From NCBI GenBank assembly GCA_027018875.1, contig JALUYA010000007.1:23607-87606 (forward strand): a stretch of DNA of 64,000 nucleotides, in the 5' to 3' direction. Made by a program: the position numbers and the translations under genes. The notes below the pieces were generated by a model. The model worked only from the letters and a program-made list of their open reading frames with translations. It ran no database searches and was not told where the DNA came from. Positions 10,031 to 20,434 of the stretch are shown here, in pieces (position 1 is the first letter of the stretch; each line of letters begins with the position of its first letter). The DNA is from Gammaproteobacteria bacterium (GTDB taxonomy: Bacteria > Pseudomonadota > Gammaproteobacteria > JAKDMP01).

Positions 10031-11116
10031 GTGAAAATTTTATGCCAACCCGGGCTTGGGTACCCGGTTTATGTGGGTGATAAAGGCGTGAATGAGCAAA
10101 TCAACCGGTTGATCGGTAAACGTTCTGCTCTGTTGGTTACCGACGAAAATGTGGCGCGATCACAGCGGAACGTATTACGTGATCAGCTTTCCGGCTTCCG
10201 GCTGGAGACCCTGGTGCTGCCTCCCGGCGAGGAACAGAAAAAACTGGAAGGTTGGTCTCGGATTTTAGATGCCCTGGTCAACGGTCATTTTCACCGTGAT
10301 GCGGTGCTTATCGCCTTTGGGGGGGGGGTTATCGGGGATTTGGCAGGGTTTGCCGCCGCTTGTTATCAGCGCGGCATCGACTGGATCGCCGCTCCGACCA
10401 CTCTGCTGGCTCAGGTGGATGCAGCGATTGGAGGGAAAACGGCGGTGAATCATCCCGCCGGGAAAAATCTTATTGGGGCCTTCCATGATCCGATCGCGGT
10501 ATGGATTGACCCGACATGGCTGCAGACCCTGCCACAACGTGAATACCTATCCGGTTTTGGTGAAGTGATCAAGTACGGCTTGGGATTCGATGCGGAGTTG
10601 TTTGCCTGGCTGGAGGCGCATGCCTCCGCCCTGGCCCAGCGGGACAGGGATTTTCTCGCGGCAATGATTCCGCGGGCCGTGGCGATTAAACTTGCGGTTG
10701 TAGCCCGGGATCGAACCGAAAAAGGCCCACGTGCACTATTAAATCTGGGGCATACTTGGGGGCACGCGATCGAGACCACCCTGGGCTACGGAACCTGGCT
10801 GCATGGCGAGGCCGTTGCCTCGGGTTTGGTCACCGCGGTACGGCTTTCCATTGCACGTGAACGAGTACCAGCGCGGCTGCTGGAGCGGCTGCTGCGGGTA
10901 CTCCAACGGTTGGGATTGCCAAGTACTTGGCCTGACACGATCCAGGTCGAGGATTTGCGCACAGCGCTTGGCCTGGATAAAAAAATTCTGAATGATCAAC
11001 TGCGATTCATTGGCCTGGGCGCCTGCGGCAGAGCGGAAATATGGGACGATGTGAGCCGGGCCGAGGTCGATGCCCTACTTGAGCGGGGGTATTCTCCGCC
11101 GTCATCCGGGACTTGA
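10031..11116 (+). CDS. aroB: 3-dehydroquinate synthase (GTG start)
   Basis: GGGVIGDLAGFAAACYQRGI, PTTLLAQVDAAIGGKTAVNHPAGKNLIGAFHDP match E. coli AroB. Confidence 0.9.
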   Translation: MKILCQPGLGYPVYVGDKGVNEQINRLIGKRSALLVTDENVARSQRNVLRDQLSGFRLETLVLPPGEEQKKLEGWSRILDALVNGHFHRDAVLIAFGGGVIGDLAGFAAACYQRGIDWIAAPTTLLAQVDAAIGGKTAVNHPAGKNLIGAFHDPIAVWIDPTWLQTLPQREYLSGFGEVIKYGLGFDAELFAWLEAHASALAQRDRDFLAAMIPRAVAIKLAVVARDRTEKGPRALLNLGHTWGHAIETTLGYGTWLHGEAVASGLVTAVRLSIARERVPARLLERLLRVLQRLGLPSTWPDTIQVEDLRTALGLDKKILNDQLRFIGLGACGRAEIWDDVSRAEVDALLERGYSPPSSGT

Positions 11117-11165
11117 TGTGGGACTGGTACAATTTCCCTCTTTAATGAGGGGGGGATACATCTCC

Positions 11166-11876
11166 ATGTCGCCTGAGTCCTTGCGGGAGCGGCTGATTTT
11201 TGCACTCGATGTGCCTTCGCTAGTGGAGGCGCGGGGCCTGGTCGAGCGGCTTGGCGATGCTGTCGATTTTTACAAGGTTGGGCTGGAACTGTTCACGGCA
11301 GGTGACGCGGTGGGTTTCGTGCGTCATCTGAAGCATGCCGGCAAACGGGTGTTCGTGGATTTGAAACTTTTCGATGTTCCGGCAACCGTCGCCCGTGCGG
11401 TGGCGCGGCTTGCCGCGCTAAAAGTGGATTTTATTACCGTGCATGGTAATCAGGCCATGATGCAGGCTGCGGCCGAGGCCAAGTCTTCTAGCCGGGTTCT
11501 GGCGGTCACCGCCTTGACCAGCCTGGACGCCGGGGATCTTGCCGATCTCGGGTTTCAGTGTGATATCACCCGACTGGTGGTATCGCGGGCGGAAAGAGCC
11601 ATGGAGGCGGGCCTGGACGGGGTTGTCGCCTCGGGGCGGGAGGCTGCTTGTTTGCGCCAGGCGGTCGGGCCCCGGCTCCTGATCGTAACCCCCGGTATTC
11701 GCCCGGTACTCAATCGGTGCGAGGATGATCAGAAACGGATCATGAGCCCCGCCGAGGCAATGAGTGCCGGGGCCGATTACCTGGTGGTCGGTCGTCCCAT
11801 CCGCGATGCACCCGATCCGCAACGGGCCGTAGAAACCATTCTGAGCGCCATGTCCGCGGGAGTCGAGGGCTTATGA
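11166..11876 (+). CDS. pyrF: Orotidine 5'-phosphate decarboxylase. Start placed at MSPESLRE (listed ORF starts at 11070).
   Basis: DLKLFDVPATVA, LVTPGIRP, DDQKRIMSP, GADYLVVGRPI motifs. GA-rich RBS upstream of 11166. Confidence 0.85.
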   Translation: MSPESLRERLIFALDVPSLVEARGLVERLGDAVDFYKVGLELFTAGDAVGFVRHLKHAGKRVFVDLKLFDVPATVARAVARLAALKVDFITVHGNQAMMQAAAEAKSSSRVLAVTALTSLDAGDLADLGFQCDITRLVVSRAERAMEAGLDGVVASGREAACLRQAVGPRLLIVTPGIRPVLNRCEDDQKRIMSPAEAMSAGADYLVVGRPIRDAPDPQRAVETILSAMSAGVEGL

Positions 11877-12919
11877 AGTTGGAGAACCGTTGCTTGATAC
11901 AGGCCTTGCGCCGGGAGCCGGCGGATCGCCGGCCCGTGTGGCTGATGCGCCAGGCGGGGCGCTACCTGCCGGAGTATCGTGAACTTCGTTCTCGGGCAGG
12001 CAGTTTCCTGGCCCTGCTCAAGACCCCCGAGTTGGCGGCGGAAGCAACGCTGCAGCCGGTGAATCGTTTTGATTTGGACGCGGCGATCCAGTTTGCTGAT
12101 ATTCTTACAATTCCCGACGCCATGGGGCTTGGCCTGGATTTTAGGGTCGGGGAAGGGCCGCATTTTCGGCAACGCATAGCGCGGGCCGGAGATGTTTCTG
12201 CGCTGCCCGTGCTCGACCCCGAACGGGATTTGGACTATGTGCTCGCCGCAATCAAGGCCTCCAAACGGGAACTGAGCGGGAGGTTGCCCTTGATTGGTTT
12301 CGCGGGCGGACCATGGACGTTGGCGGCGTACATGCTCGAAGGCGGGGCGGGCGGAGGGAGCTTCCCGGTGGCCCGGGCGGCTACCCATGCCGATCCGGTC
12401 CTGGTCGATCGGTTGGTGTCACGCCTGGGCGTCGCGATTGCCGCCTATCTCACTGCTCAGGCACATGCCGGAGCGGATGTACTGATGCTGTTTGAAAGCT
12501 GGGCCGGGTTGCTCGATCCCCCGGGATTCAGGCGGTATCTACTCGATCCAATGGCAGAAATCATTACTGGGATCAAGGCCGACACCCTGGCCCGCCATTG
12601 TCCATTGATTGTTTTTCCTCGTGGCGCCGCGCAGCATCTTGTTTCCCTGGCCGCGTTGGATCTGGATGCACTGGGGCTGGACTGGACGGTTCCCCTGGGA
12701 ACTGCTCGCACGGCGGTCGGCGCAAAGGTGGCGCTCCAGGGCAACCTGGATCCGGCCGCATTGTATGCGCCCGAGCCACGGTTGCGTGCCGCCATTCGTG
12801 CCCTATGCGCCGAGTATGGTCCGGGGCCCGGGCATATCTTCAACCTGGGGCACGGTATTTCCCCCGATGTCCGGCCCGAGAGCGTGGCAGTGCTGGTGGA
12901 CGAAGTCCACCAGCACTGA
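11873..12919 (+). CDS. hemE: Uroporphyrinogen decarboxylase
   Basis: RRPVWLMRQAGRYLPEYR N-terminal signature. 348 aa. Confidence 0.9.
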   Translation: MKLENRCLIQALRREPADRRPVWLMRQAGRYLPEYRELRSRAGSFLALLKTPELAAEATLQPVNRFDLDAAIQFADILTIPDAMGLGLDFRVGEGPHFRQRIARAGDVSALPVLDPERDLDYVLAAIKASKRELSGRLPLIGFAGGPWTLAAYMLEGGAGGGSFPVARAATHADPVLVDRLVSRLGVAIAAYLTAQAHAGADVLMLFESWAGLLDPPGFRRYLLDPMAEIITGIKADTLARHCPLIVFPRGAAQHLVSLAALDLDALGLDWTVPLGTARTAVGAKVALQGNLDPAALYAPEPRLRAAIRALCAEYGPGPGHIFNLGHGISPDVRPESVAVLVDEVHQH

Positions 12920-12940
12920 GCCGTGCGCCCCACGGTCGCG

Positions 12941-14608
12941 TCAGGAGTTTTCCCCGCGCAGTTCTCGGCGTAGGATTTTCCCTACGGTGCTCTTGGGTAA
13001 TTCATCGCGAAATTCCACATAGCGTGGAATCTTATAACCGGTAAGATTTTTCCGGCACTGCGCGATGATGGCCTCTGCGGTAAGATCGGGATCCTTGCGT
13101 ACCACGAAGAGCTTGACCGCTTCGGTGGATTTAGGGTCGGGAACCCCAACGGCCGCCACCTCGCGCACGCTATCCATGGCGGCGACCACCTCTTCGATTT
13201 CGTTCGGGTAGACGTTGAATCCCGAGACCAGGACCATATCCTTTTTCCGGTCGACGATATAGACGAATCCGGTTTCATCCACGCGGGCGACATCGCCGGT
13301 ACGCAGGTAACCCGTAGAGGTGAAAACCCGTGCAGTTTCATCGGGTCGCTGCCAGTAGCCCGAAGTTACCTGTGGTCCCCGCACTCCCAGCTCTCCGGTT
13401 TCACCCACGCCGAGTTCTTCGCCTTCGTCGTCCAGGATCGCGATTTCGGTTGAGGGGATCGGCAAGCCTATCGAGCCGGTAAATTCGTTTTTACCCAAGG
13501 GGTTGATGGTTACCGCGGGAGAGGTTTCGGTCAGGCCGTAGGCTTCGAGGATATGCATTCCCGTTATTTTTCTCCACCGCTCGGATACCGCCCGTTGCAC
13601 TGCCATGCCGCCACCGAGAGTGAATTTCAGGGTGCTGAAATCCAGCCGAGCGAAGTCGGGATGGTGCAGCAGGGCATTGAACAGGGTATTGACCCCGGTT
13701 ATGGCACTGAAGCGGTGTTGTCCGAGTTCGGCAATGAAAGCGGGGATATCACGTGGATTGGTAATAAGGATATTTTCCCCACCCAGGTGGCTGAAGGTGA
13801 AACAGTTGGCCGTTAGCGAGAAGATGTGATACAGGGGGAGTGCGGTGATCATCTTCTCCTTGCCGGGCTCCAGTTCTTGGCCGAGCCATGCCGTGGCCTG
13901 GAGGATATTGGCCACCATGTTCCGATGGCTGAGCTGGGCACCCTTGGCAACCCCGGTAGTGCCTCCGGTATATTGGAGAAAAGCCAGATCTTCACCCGTG
14001 ATAGTGACCGGTTCAAGCGTTTGGTCCCGGCTGTCGGCAAGCACCCGGGTGAGCGATATGGCGTCTGGAATTCTCCAGGCGGGAACCATGTGCTTGATCC
14101 GCCGCACGATAAAATTGATCAGCCAACGCTTGGGTTGAGGGAGAAGATCAGCGATCTCGGTCACCACGACTCGCTCCAGGGCGGTGTTCTCGCGGGCTTT
14201 TTCCACCACGTGTGCAAAGTTGGCCAGTACCACCATGGCTTTGGCACCGGAATCGGCGAGTTGATGCTGTACCTCATGGACCGTGTAGAGTGGATTGAAA
14301 TTGACTGCGATCAGTCCCGCCCGAAGGATACCGAACAGCACGACCGGGTACTGGAGTACGTTCGGCATCATGATCCCGACTCGTTCGCCCTTGGAAAGCC
14401 CCAGGTCTTTTTGCAGATAAGCAGCGAATTGAGTGCTCAGCCGATCAATTTCAGAATACTTCAGGCTGTACCCGAGGTTGTGAAAGGCCGGGCGATCGGC
14501 GAATTTCGCAAAGGCTTCGGTCAGCAGATCCACCAGGGATGCGTAACGATCCGGATCGATCTCCTGCGGGACCCCCTTGGGGTAATGTTGTAGCCAGATT
14601 TTTTCCAT
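12941..14608 (-). CDS. fadD: Long-chain-fatty-acid--CoA ligase (AMP-forming)
   Basis: Colinear with E. coli FadD from the N-terminus (KIWLQHYPKGVPQEIDPDRYASLVDL, MMPNVLQYPVVLFGILRAG). AMP-binding motif YTGGTTGVAKG. Confidence 0.85.
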   Translation of the reverse strand: MEKIWLQHYPKGVPQEIDPDRYASLVDLLTEAFAKFADRPAFHNLGYSLKYSEIDRLSTQFAAYLQKDLGLSKGERVGIMMPNVLQYPVVLFGILRAGLIAVNFNPLYTVHEVQHQLADSGAKAMVVLANFAHVVEKARENTALERVVVTEIADLLPQPKRWLINFIVRRIKHMVPAWRIPDAISLTRVLADSRDQTLEPVTITGEDLAFLQYTGGTTGVAKGAQLSHRNMVANILQATAWLGQELEPGKEKMITALPLYHIFSLTANCFTFSHLGGENILITNPRDIPAFIAELGQHRFSAITGVNTLFNALLHHPDFARLDFSTLKFTLGGGMAVQRAVSERWRKITGMHILEAYGLTETSPAVTINPLGKNEFTGSIGLPIPSTEIAILDDEGEELGVGETGELGVRGPQVTSGYWQRPDETARVFTSTGYLRTGDVARVDETGFVYIVDRKKDMVLVSGFNVYPNEIEEVVAAMDSVREVAAVGVPDPKSTEAVKLFVVRKDPDLTAEAIIAQCRKNLTGYKIPRYVEFRDELPKSTVGKILRRELRGENS

Positions 14609-14664
14609 TTCCGGTTCCTTGTTGATGTGTTTACCAGGTAAACTTTAGCGCATATGGGGAGGGA

Positions 14665-15678
14665 TCATACGAGCCGGTTCCGAGACCCCCCCGCAAGATA
14701 ATCGGCAATGTTCATCCCGATTTGTTCGATGGCACGTTGGCGCGCCTCCCTTGCCGCCCACGCGATATGGGGAGTGACGATGCAGTTTGGCAGCCGGGCA
14801 TCGAGCAGGGGGTGGTCGGCGGGCGGGGGTTCGGCGCTGAGCACATCCAGCCCCGCCCCACCGAGGTGTCCCCGGCGCAATGCCTGCGCGAGTGCCTGCT
14901 CGTCCACCAACGCCCCGCGGGCGGTATTGATCAGCAAGGCACCCGGTCTCATCAAGCGTAGTGCGGTGGTATCGATCAAGCCACGGGTTGCGCCGGTGAG
15001 AGGGGCATGCAAGCTGACGATGTCGGCACGGGCAAGTGCGGCTTCGAATTCGATCCTTTCCCGGCGTGGCGCCCGGTGTCCTCGCCGTTCGCTGATCAAT
15101 ACGGTCATACCCCACTGCCGTGCTTGTGCAGCGACCGCCCTCCCCAGGGTTCCGTAGCCGATGATGGCCAGGGTTTGCCCTTGTAGTTCAGCGATCGGAT
15201 AATCCAGCAGGGTAAAAGTCGGACTTCTTGACCAAGCGCCGGAGAGAAGCCGATTGTGGTAGTCGAGCAGGTGGGTCCGGAGCGCCAGAACCAGGGAAAA
15301 GACGTGTTGAACCACGGATTCGGTGCAATAGTTGCGAATATTGGTGACTGCGACGCCGGCCGAGCGGGCCGCGTCGAGATCGATATTATCGCTTCCCGTG
15401 GCCGCCAGGCAGACCAGGCTAGGGTGATGCCGCGAAAAGAATTCGGCATCGAGACGGACTTTGTTCAGAATGAGGCAGTCGGCTCCCCGGGCATGGGCAG
15501 CGAGCCGATCCGGATGGGTCATGGCGAAGCGGCGAAACAGGTTCGCCCGGCACTCGATTGGCGTCAGATCGAGATCCCCCCGGGTAAGCGTGGCCAAATC
15601 AAGAGCGGCTATGGTATCGAATCGTACCGCCGCAGGGGCGGCCTGTAAGCCGGGCTTACCGGGATGGTTCGGGGTCAT
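14665..15678 (-). CDS. D-isomer-specific 2-hydroxyacid dehydrogenase (glycerate/phosphoglycerate dehydrogenase family). Start chosen at MTPNHPG; the listed ORF extends to 15816.
   Basis: NAD-binding GYGTLGRAVA, catalytic region IVSLHAPLT, TPHIAWAAREA. Confidence 0.75.
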   Translation of the reverse strand: MTPNHPGKPGLQAAPAAVRFDTIAALDLATLTRGDLDLTPIECRANLFRRFAMTHPDRLAAHARGADCLILNKVRLDAEFFSRHHPSLVCLAATGSDNIDLDAARSAGVAVTNIRNYCTESVVQHVFSLVLALRTHLLDYHNRLLSGAWSRSPTFTLLDYPIAELQGQTLAIIGYGTLGRAVAAQARQWGMTVLISERRGHRAPRRERIEFEAALARADIVSLHAPLTGATRGLIDTTALRLMRPGALLINTARGALVDEQALAQALRRGHLGGAGLDVLSAEPPPADHPLLDARLPNCIVTPHIAWAAREARQRAIEQIGMNIADYLAGGSRNRLV

Positions 15679-15992
15679 CGACCGGGATGGATCGGGTGCC
15701 GTACCCTGCAGGCGGCGTGCTTGAGCCGGGCATTGGCACCGGGTATGCCGGTGGGCGCGGACGGCATGATCCGACCGCTGGCGCCTAGGCAGTCCACACC
15801 CGCGGTGCTGGCCCAATCTACCACCGTTGGGGTGAAACCTTTAAACCGCATGCCGGCGTTGGGGTTCGTGGTGAGTGCCGGGTCGGGGGTGAGCAGAAGA
15901 GCCGAAATGAAAGGATTGTTACCCATATGCCCGCTACTTGACCACTACGGATCAGTATAGGCGACTCGGGTTATTATCGGAAAGTACCTCGT

Positions 15993-17966
15993 TCAGTTTC
16001 CGAGTAGGCGATTAACCGCTTGCTCGATGTTCTCGGGTGTGCCATAGACCACCAGGGTGTCACCGGCGCGGAGTCGAGTTTCGGGGTCGGGTTCGCGCCC
16101 GACGATACCTTCCCGGCGCAGGGCGTTGACTCGAACATCCAGTTCTTCCAGACCCAGTTCTTTCAGCTTGCGCCCGATTGCATGCCCGCCCTTGGGCAAA
16201 GTGATGGCATCGAGCTGTTCCCGGAAGGCATGGTTTTCGTCCAGTGGTTCGGCGCCGCCGCGACGATAGACGTTACGCATAAGCGCGTAACGGTCCGAGC
16301 GAACCTGGGTCACCCGCCGGAGGATGCGCCGCATGGGTACGCCCAGCAAGGCCAGCAGGTGGGCCGAGATCATCAGGCTGGCCTCCAGGGTTTCGGGGAT
16401 GATTTCATCGGCTCCTGCCGCACGTAGCTCCTCCATGCGTGAGTCATCGCGGGTTCGAACCAGAATCGGTAGATCTTGTCGTAGGGTACGCACGGTAACG
16501 ATGATCCCTATGGCGGTATCGACATTGAACTGCGTGATGACCAGGACCTTGGCCCGAGCCAAGCCGGCCGCGGAGAGGATTTCGGATCGCGTAGCATCTC
16601 CATAATAGACCGGATCACCGCCTGCATGGGCTTCCCGGACCCGCTTGACATCGAGATCAAGAGCCAGGTAATCCAGGTTTTCTTCCTCCAGGAAGCGGGC
16701 GATATTCTGGCCGATGCGCCCGTAACCGACTAAAATGACATGCCCGGCCAAATTTTGTTCTTGGGGAAGAGATACCGGCTCCATCTCCGCCTCGGGTGGG
16801 GCATGCGGGGCAAGCCGCCGGGCGAGGCGGGCATTGTGGCGGACGAGAAAAGGGCTGACCAGCATGCTGAGTACCAGGATATTCAGTGCCAACTGGGCAT
16901 TCAGACCACTCAGGTAACCCCGGGCAAGCCCCAGAATCAGTAATGCCAGTCCGAACTCGCCTCCCTGCCCCAGAACCAGGCCGGTACGCAGCCCATCATG
17001 CAGGCCGACTCCGATCAACCGACTTGCCCCGGTGACGATCAGTATCTTGAAGACAATGAGTACGGCCGTACCGATGAGAATGACAGGAGCATGATCGAGC
17101 AGCAGCCTGGGGTTGGCATACATGCCCACCGCCACGAAGAACAGCCCGAGAAGGATGTCGCGAAACGGGCGGATATCGGCCTCGATCTGGTGCCGATAGG
17201 CGGTTTCAGCCAGCAAGACCCCTGCCACGAAGGCCCCGAGTGCCAACGACAATCCCATGGCTTGGGTTGCCCATGCTGCGGCCAGGGTGATCAATAGCGA
17301 AACCAGCAGAAACAACTCCGAGGAGCGGTGGCGGGCGATTTCATACAGAAGGGGGCGGATCAGGCTACGCGAGGCCAAAAACATCAATACCATTACGGCA
17401 AGCCCCTTGCCAAATACCAGGCCCAGGGTGAGCCAGGGGGCTCCATGCTGAGTGGAGAGCGCCGGGATCAGAATCAGTAGCGGGATGACGGCAAGATCCT
17501 GGAACAGCAGGATACCGATCGCCAGGCGACCGTGAATTTGCCGGAGTTCCAATTGCTCACCGAGTTGCTTGGCGACCAATGCGGTAGAGGACATAGCTAC
17601 GGCGCCGCCGAGAAGCACGGCCACGGTGGGAGAGGTGCCGGTGACGAAAAACAGGATGGTGGCCACGATGGCGAGACTGCCCGTGACCTGGATTCCTCCC
17701 AGGATAAATACTTCGCGGCGCATTGCAATCAGGCGGGGGAGTGAAAACTCCAGTCCCAGGGTGAACAGCAGGAATACGATGCCGAATTCACCTAGATGTC
17801 GGATAGTGCCGCTATCGCGTATCCAGCCGAGCAGATGCGGACCGATAACCAGGCCGGTAAGCAAATAGCCCAGAGAAGCCGGCATCTGCAGTCGGCGCAT
17901 GATCCACACAATGGTGACGCTGGCTGCAAGCAAAATTAGGATGCCGGTGTAAATATTTTCCTGCAC
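15993..17966 (-). CDS. CPA2-family K+/H+ antiporter with C-terminal RCK (TrkA-N/TrkA-C) domains (KefB/KefC-type)
   Basis: 657 aa. About 13 TM helices, then VILVGYGRIGQNIARFL (Rossmann) and a TrkA-C tail. Confidence 0.85.
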   Translation of the reverse strand: MQENIYTGILILLAASVTIVWIMRRLQMPASLGYLLTGLVIGPHLLGWIRDSGTIRHLGEFGIVFLLFTLGLEFSLPRLIAMRREVFILGGIQVTGSLAIVATILFFVTGTSPTVAVLLGGAVAMSSTALVAKQLGEQLELRQIHGRLAIGILLFQDLAVIPLLILIPALSTQHGAPWLTLGLVFGKGLAVMVLMFLASRSLIRPLLYEIARHRSSELFLLVSLLITLAAAWATQAMGLSLALGAFVAGVLLAETAYRHQIEADIRPFRDILLGLFFVAVGMYANPRLLLDHAPVILIGTAVLIVFKILIVTGASRLIGVGLHDGLRTGLVLGQGGEFGLALLILGLARGYLSGLNAQLALNILVLSMLVSPFLVRHNARLARRLAPHAPPEAEMEPVSLPQEQNLAGHVILVGYGRIGQNIARFLEEENLDYLALDLDVKRVREAHAGGDPVYYGDATRSEILSAAGLARAKVLVITQFNVDTAIGIIVTVRTLRQDLPILVRTRDDSRMEELRAAGADEIIPETLEASLMISAHLLALLGVPMRRILRRVTQVRSDRYALMRNVYRRGGAEPLDENHAFREQLDAITLPKGGHAIGRKLKELGLEELDVRVNALRREGIVGREPDPETRLRAGDTLVVYGTPENIEQAVNRLLGN

Positions 17967-18249
17967 GCGGTACCTCGCTCCGGATCAGCCGATATTCCAG
18001 TGTCGTCTTGTCTTTTCAGCTCGCATGAAACCTGGGCGCGGAATTCGTATTTGCCTGGGATATACCCTCCTCGCCATGGCACGGCTATAATTCAGCAACG
18101 CACCTTTGTCGACTACAAAAACCGCTAACATCCCCATGTCGCTTGTAAAATGAAACACTAGCATATACTGGTTATATGACAGGATCGAGAAAATAATGAG
18201 ATTTTCCTTGTATCTTCTGTATCCGGCGGTAACCGTGGGCTGACCCCGA

Positions 18250-20373
18250 GTGCGTTTCCCTGCGTTTTTTTTCAAATCTCGTGCCCTAGGTGGTGAAAGT
18301 CCGGAAACCCTGGCCCGGAAGCGAACGACACGGCTTTCTTTTTTGGCCCTTGGGGTCGTGTTTGGTGATATTGGTACCAGCCCGCTCTATGCCATGCGTG
18401 AGGCACTCGCAGCGGTAGGCAATGCCCCCGCACGGGAGGATGTGCTTGGGGTGTTGTCGCTGGTGATTTGGGCATTGATTCTGGTTATATGCTTCAAATA
18501 TCAAATTTTTGTACTGCGCGCCGATAATCGCGGGGATGGGGGAATTATCGCGCTCGTGGCATTGCTGCGGCAACGTAATCGAAAAACTTGCGATCAAGGG
18601 ACGGTGGATACTCACTCAAGGCGCCGACGCAGGATTTTCACCGGGGTCTGGGTGTTGATACTGGGTACATTCGGCGCCTCTCTGTTATATGGAGACGGCA
18701 TGATCACCCCCGCGATTTCGGTGCTTTCGGCGGTAGAAGGTCTGCGGGTGGCGACTCCCAGCCTGGATCGACTGGTTATCCCAATTACCGTCATCATCTT
18801 GTTTTTTCTGTTCTGGTTTCAACGCCGGGGTACGGCGGGAATTGCGCGTTGGTTTGCACCGATTATGGCGCTCTGGTTTTCAGTTTTGGCTGCCCTGGGC
18901 CTGATATCTTTGGTGCAAATGCCGGCGGTGCTGGCGGCATTCAATCCCGAATATGCGATCCGTTTTTTTATGGCTCACAAGGAGATGGGCTATATCGCCC
19001 TCGGTTCGGTATTCCTTGCGGTGACCGGTGGTGAGGTGCTCTATGCGGACCTCGGGCACTTTGGTGCCCGTCCTATCCGGATGGCCTGGTTTGTCTTGGT
19101 GTTTCCGGCGTTGATCTTTAATTACCTGGGGCAGGGGGCGCTTGCGCTGCGTAATCCCCAGGCGATCAAAGGGTTATTTTTTGCCCTGGTGCCGCCGGGC
19201 TGGGGCATTGTCTTTGTCTATCTGCTTATTGTGATTGCCACCGTGGCAACGGTTATCGCCTCCCAGGCCGCGATTTCTGGTGCCTTTTCTCTTATGGGCC
19301 AGTCTATCAGCCTGAATATCAGTCCCCGAGTTCGGGTGGAGCGGACATCGAGGACCGAACGGGGGCAGATTTACATCCCCTCGCTCAACACCATACTGAT
19401 GGTGGCATGTATCGTTCTGGTGCTGGGCTTTCGCACGTCGGCCAATCTCGCCGGTGCTTACGGGGTGGCTATCAGTACCGATATGTTAATTACGACCATC
19501 TTGATGTTTCTGGTTATGCGTCGCCTGTGGCATTGGTCCCTGACCGCCGCGTTGGGCCTGACCGTTCTGTTTCTCAGTGTGGATATCCCGTTTTGGGGGG
19601 CGAACATGATCAAGCTGGACCAGGGGGGCTGGGTGCCTATCCTGATTGCGCTGGTTTCCTTCACGATTATGCGTACCTGGACTACGAACCGCGAACGCCT
19701 GGTGTCGACCCTGCGCGGGAGAACCGAGCCGCTGGCGGTATTTCTGGATCGGCTGGGACACCACATGCCGCCGCGAGTGCCGGGGACGGCGGTATTTCTA
19801 ACCGCTCCCGGGTTGGGTGTTCCCCCGATGCTGGAATACCATCTGCGCCACAATCAGGTATTGCACGAACAGGTACTGCTGTTGTCGGTGATTACGACCG
19901 ATGAACCGTTGCTGCTGATGAATCGTCGACTGCAAATCGTACCCTATGGTTACGGCGTCTACGGGGTAAACCTTTATTACGGATTCAAGCAGGAACAGTG
20001 GGTACTCAGAAGCCTGGAATATGCGGTAAAAAAGAGACTCCTGAAAATTGATTTTAGCAAGATAACTTTCTATTTTGGCCGCGAAACGCTGGTTCCCTCG
20101 CCTTATGGCGGGCCACTACTGGGGTTCAGGCGCTGGTTGGCCGGTCGCTGGCGACGTTGGCGAGGTTGGCCCGAACCATCGCCCGGGGCGGTTCACAGGG
20201 TAGGTTTGCGCCAGGCATTGTCCGAGCGGATGTTTGTCGTCATGCATCGCAACGCGATGCGGGCTACTGATTTTTTTAAGATTCCCGAAGATCAGACGGT
20301 TGAAATTGGGATGCGCCTGCATGCGACTTCACTCTCTCCGGCGGGAACTGCAAAAAACAGCGATACTTCTTAG
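18250..20373 (+). CDS. kup: KUP/HAK/KT potassium uptake protein (GTG start as listed; true start may be slightly downstream)
   Basis: GVVFGDIGTSPLYAMRE, RADNRGDGGIIAL and colinearity with E. coli Kup throughout. Divergent from the kefB/C-type gene. Confidence 0.85.
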   Translation: MRFPAFFFKSRALGGESPETLARKRTTRLSFLALGVVFGDIGTSPLYAMREALAAVGNAPAREDVLGVLSLVIWALILVICFKYQIFVLRADNRGDGGIIALVALLRQRNRKTCDQGTVDTHSRRRRRIFTGVWVLILGTFGASLLYGDGMITPAISVLSAVEGLRVATPSLDRLVIPITVIILFFLFWFQRRGTAGIARWFAPIMALWFSVLAALGLISLVQMPAVLAAFNPEYAIRFFMAHKEMGYIALGSVFLAVTGGEVLYADLGHFGARPIRMAWFVLVFPALIFNYLGQGALALRNPQAIKGLFFALVPPGWGIVFVYLLIVIATVATVIASQAAISGAFSLMGQSISLNISPRVRVERTSRTERGQIYIPSLNTILMVACIVLVLGFRTSANLAGAYGVAISTDMLITTILMFLVMRRLWHWSLTAALGLTVLFLSVDIPFWGANMIKLDQGGWVPILIALVSFTIMRTWTTNRERLVSTLRGRTEPLAVFLDRLGHHMPPRVPGTAVFLTAPGLGVPPMLEYHLRHNQVLHEQVLLLSVITTDEPLLLMNRRLQIVPYGYGVYGVNLYYGFKQEQWVLRSLEYAVKKRLLKIDFSKITFYFGRETLVPSPYGGPLLGFRRWLAGRWRRWRGWPEPSPGAVHRVGLRQALSERMFVVMHRNAMRATDFFKIPEDQTVEIGMRLHATSLSPAGTAKNSDTS

Positions 20374-20434
20374 CCTGGATTTTTCTCATTTTTTGTTGTA
20401 CGGCAATGGCCCCTCATGACGCGGCCCGGCAGGT

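Noticed and set aside
12920-12940. Bidirectional terminator between convergent hemE and fadD (CCGTGCGCCCCACGG hairpin)
   Set aside because: Only a 5-bp stem with no U-tract on either strand. Too weak to call.
15675-15926. 83-aa ORF (-) just upstream of the 2-hydroxyacid dehydrogenase (MGNNPFISALLLTPDPALTTNPNAGMRFKGF...)
   Set aside because: Overlaps the extended N-terminus of the dehydrogenase ORF in another frame. No recognisable family. Could be a real small gene, but there is insufficient evidence.
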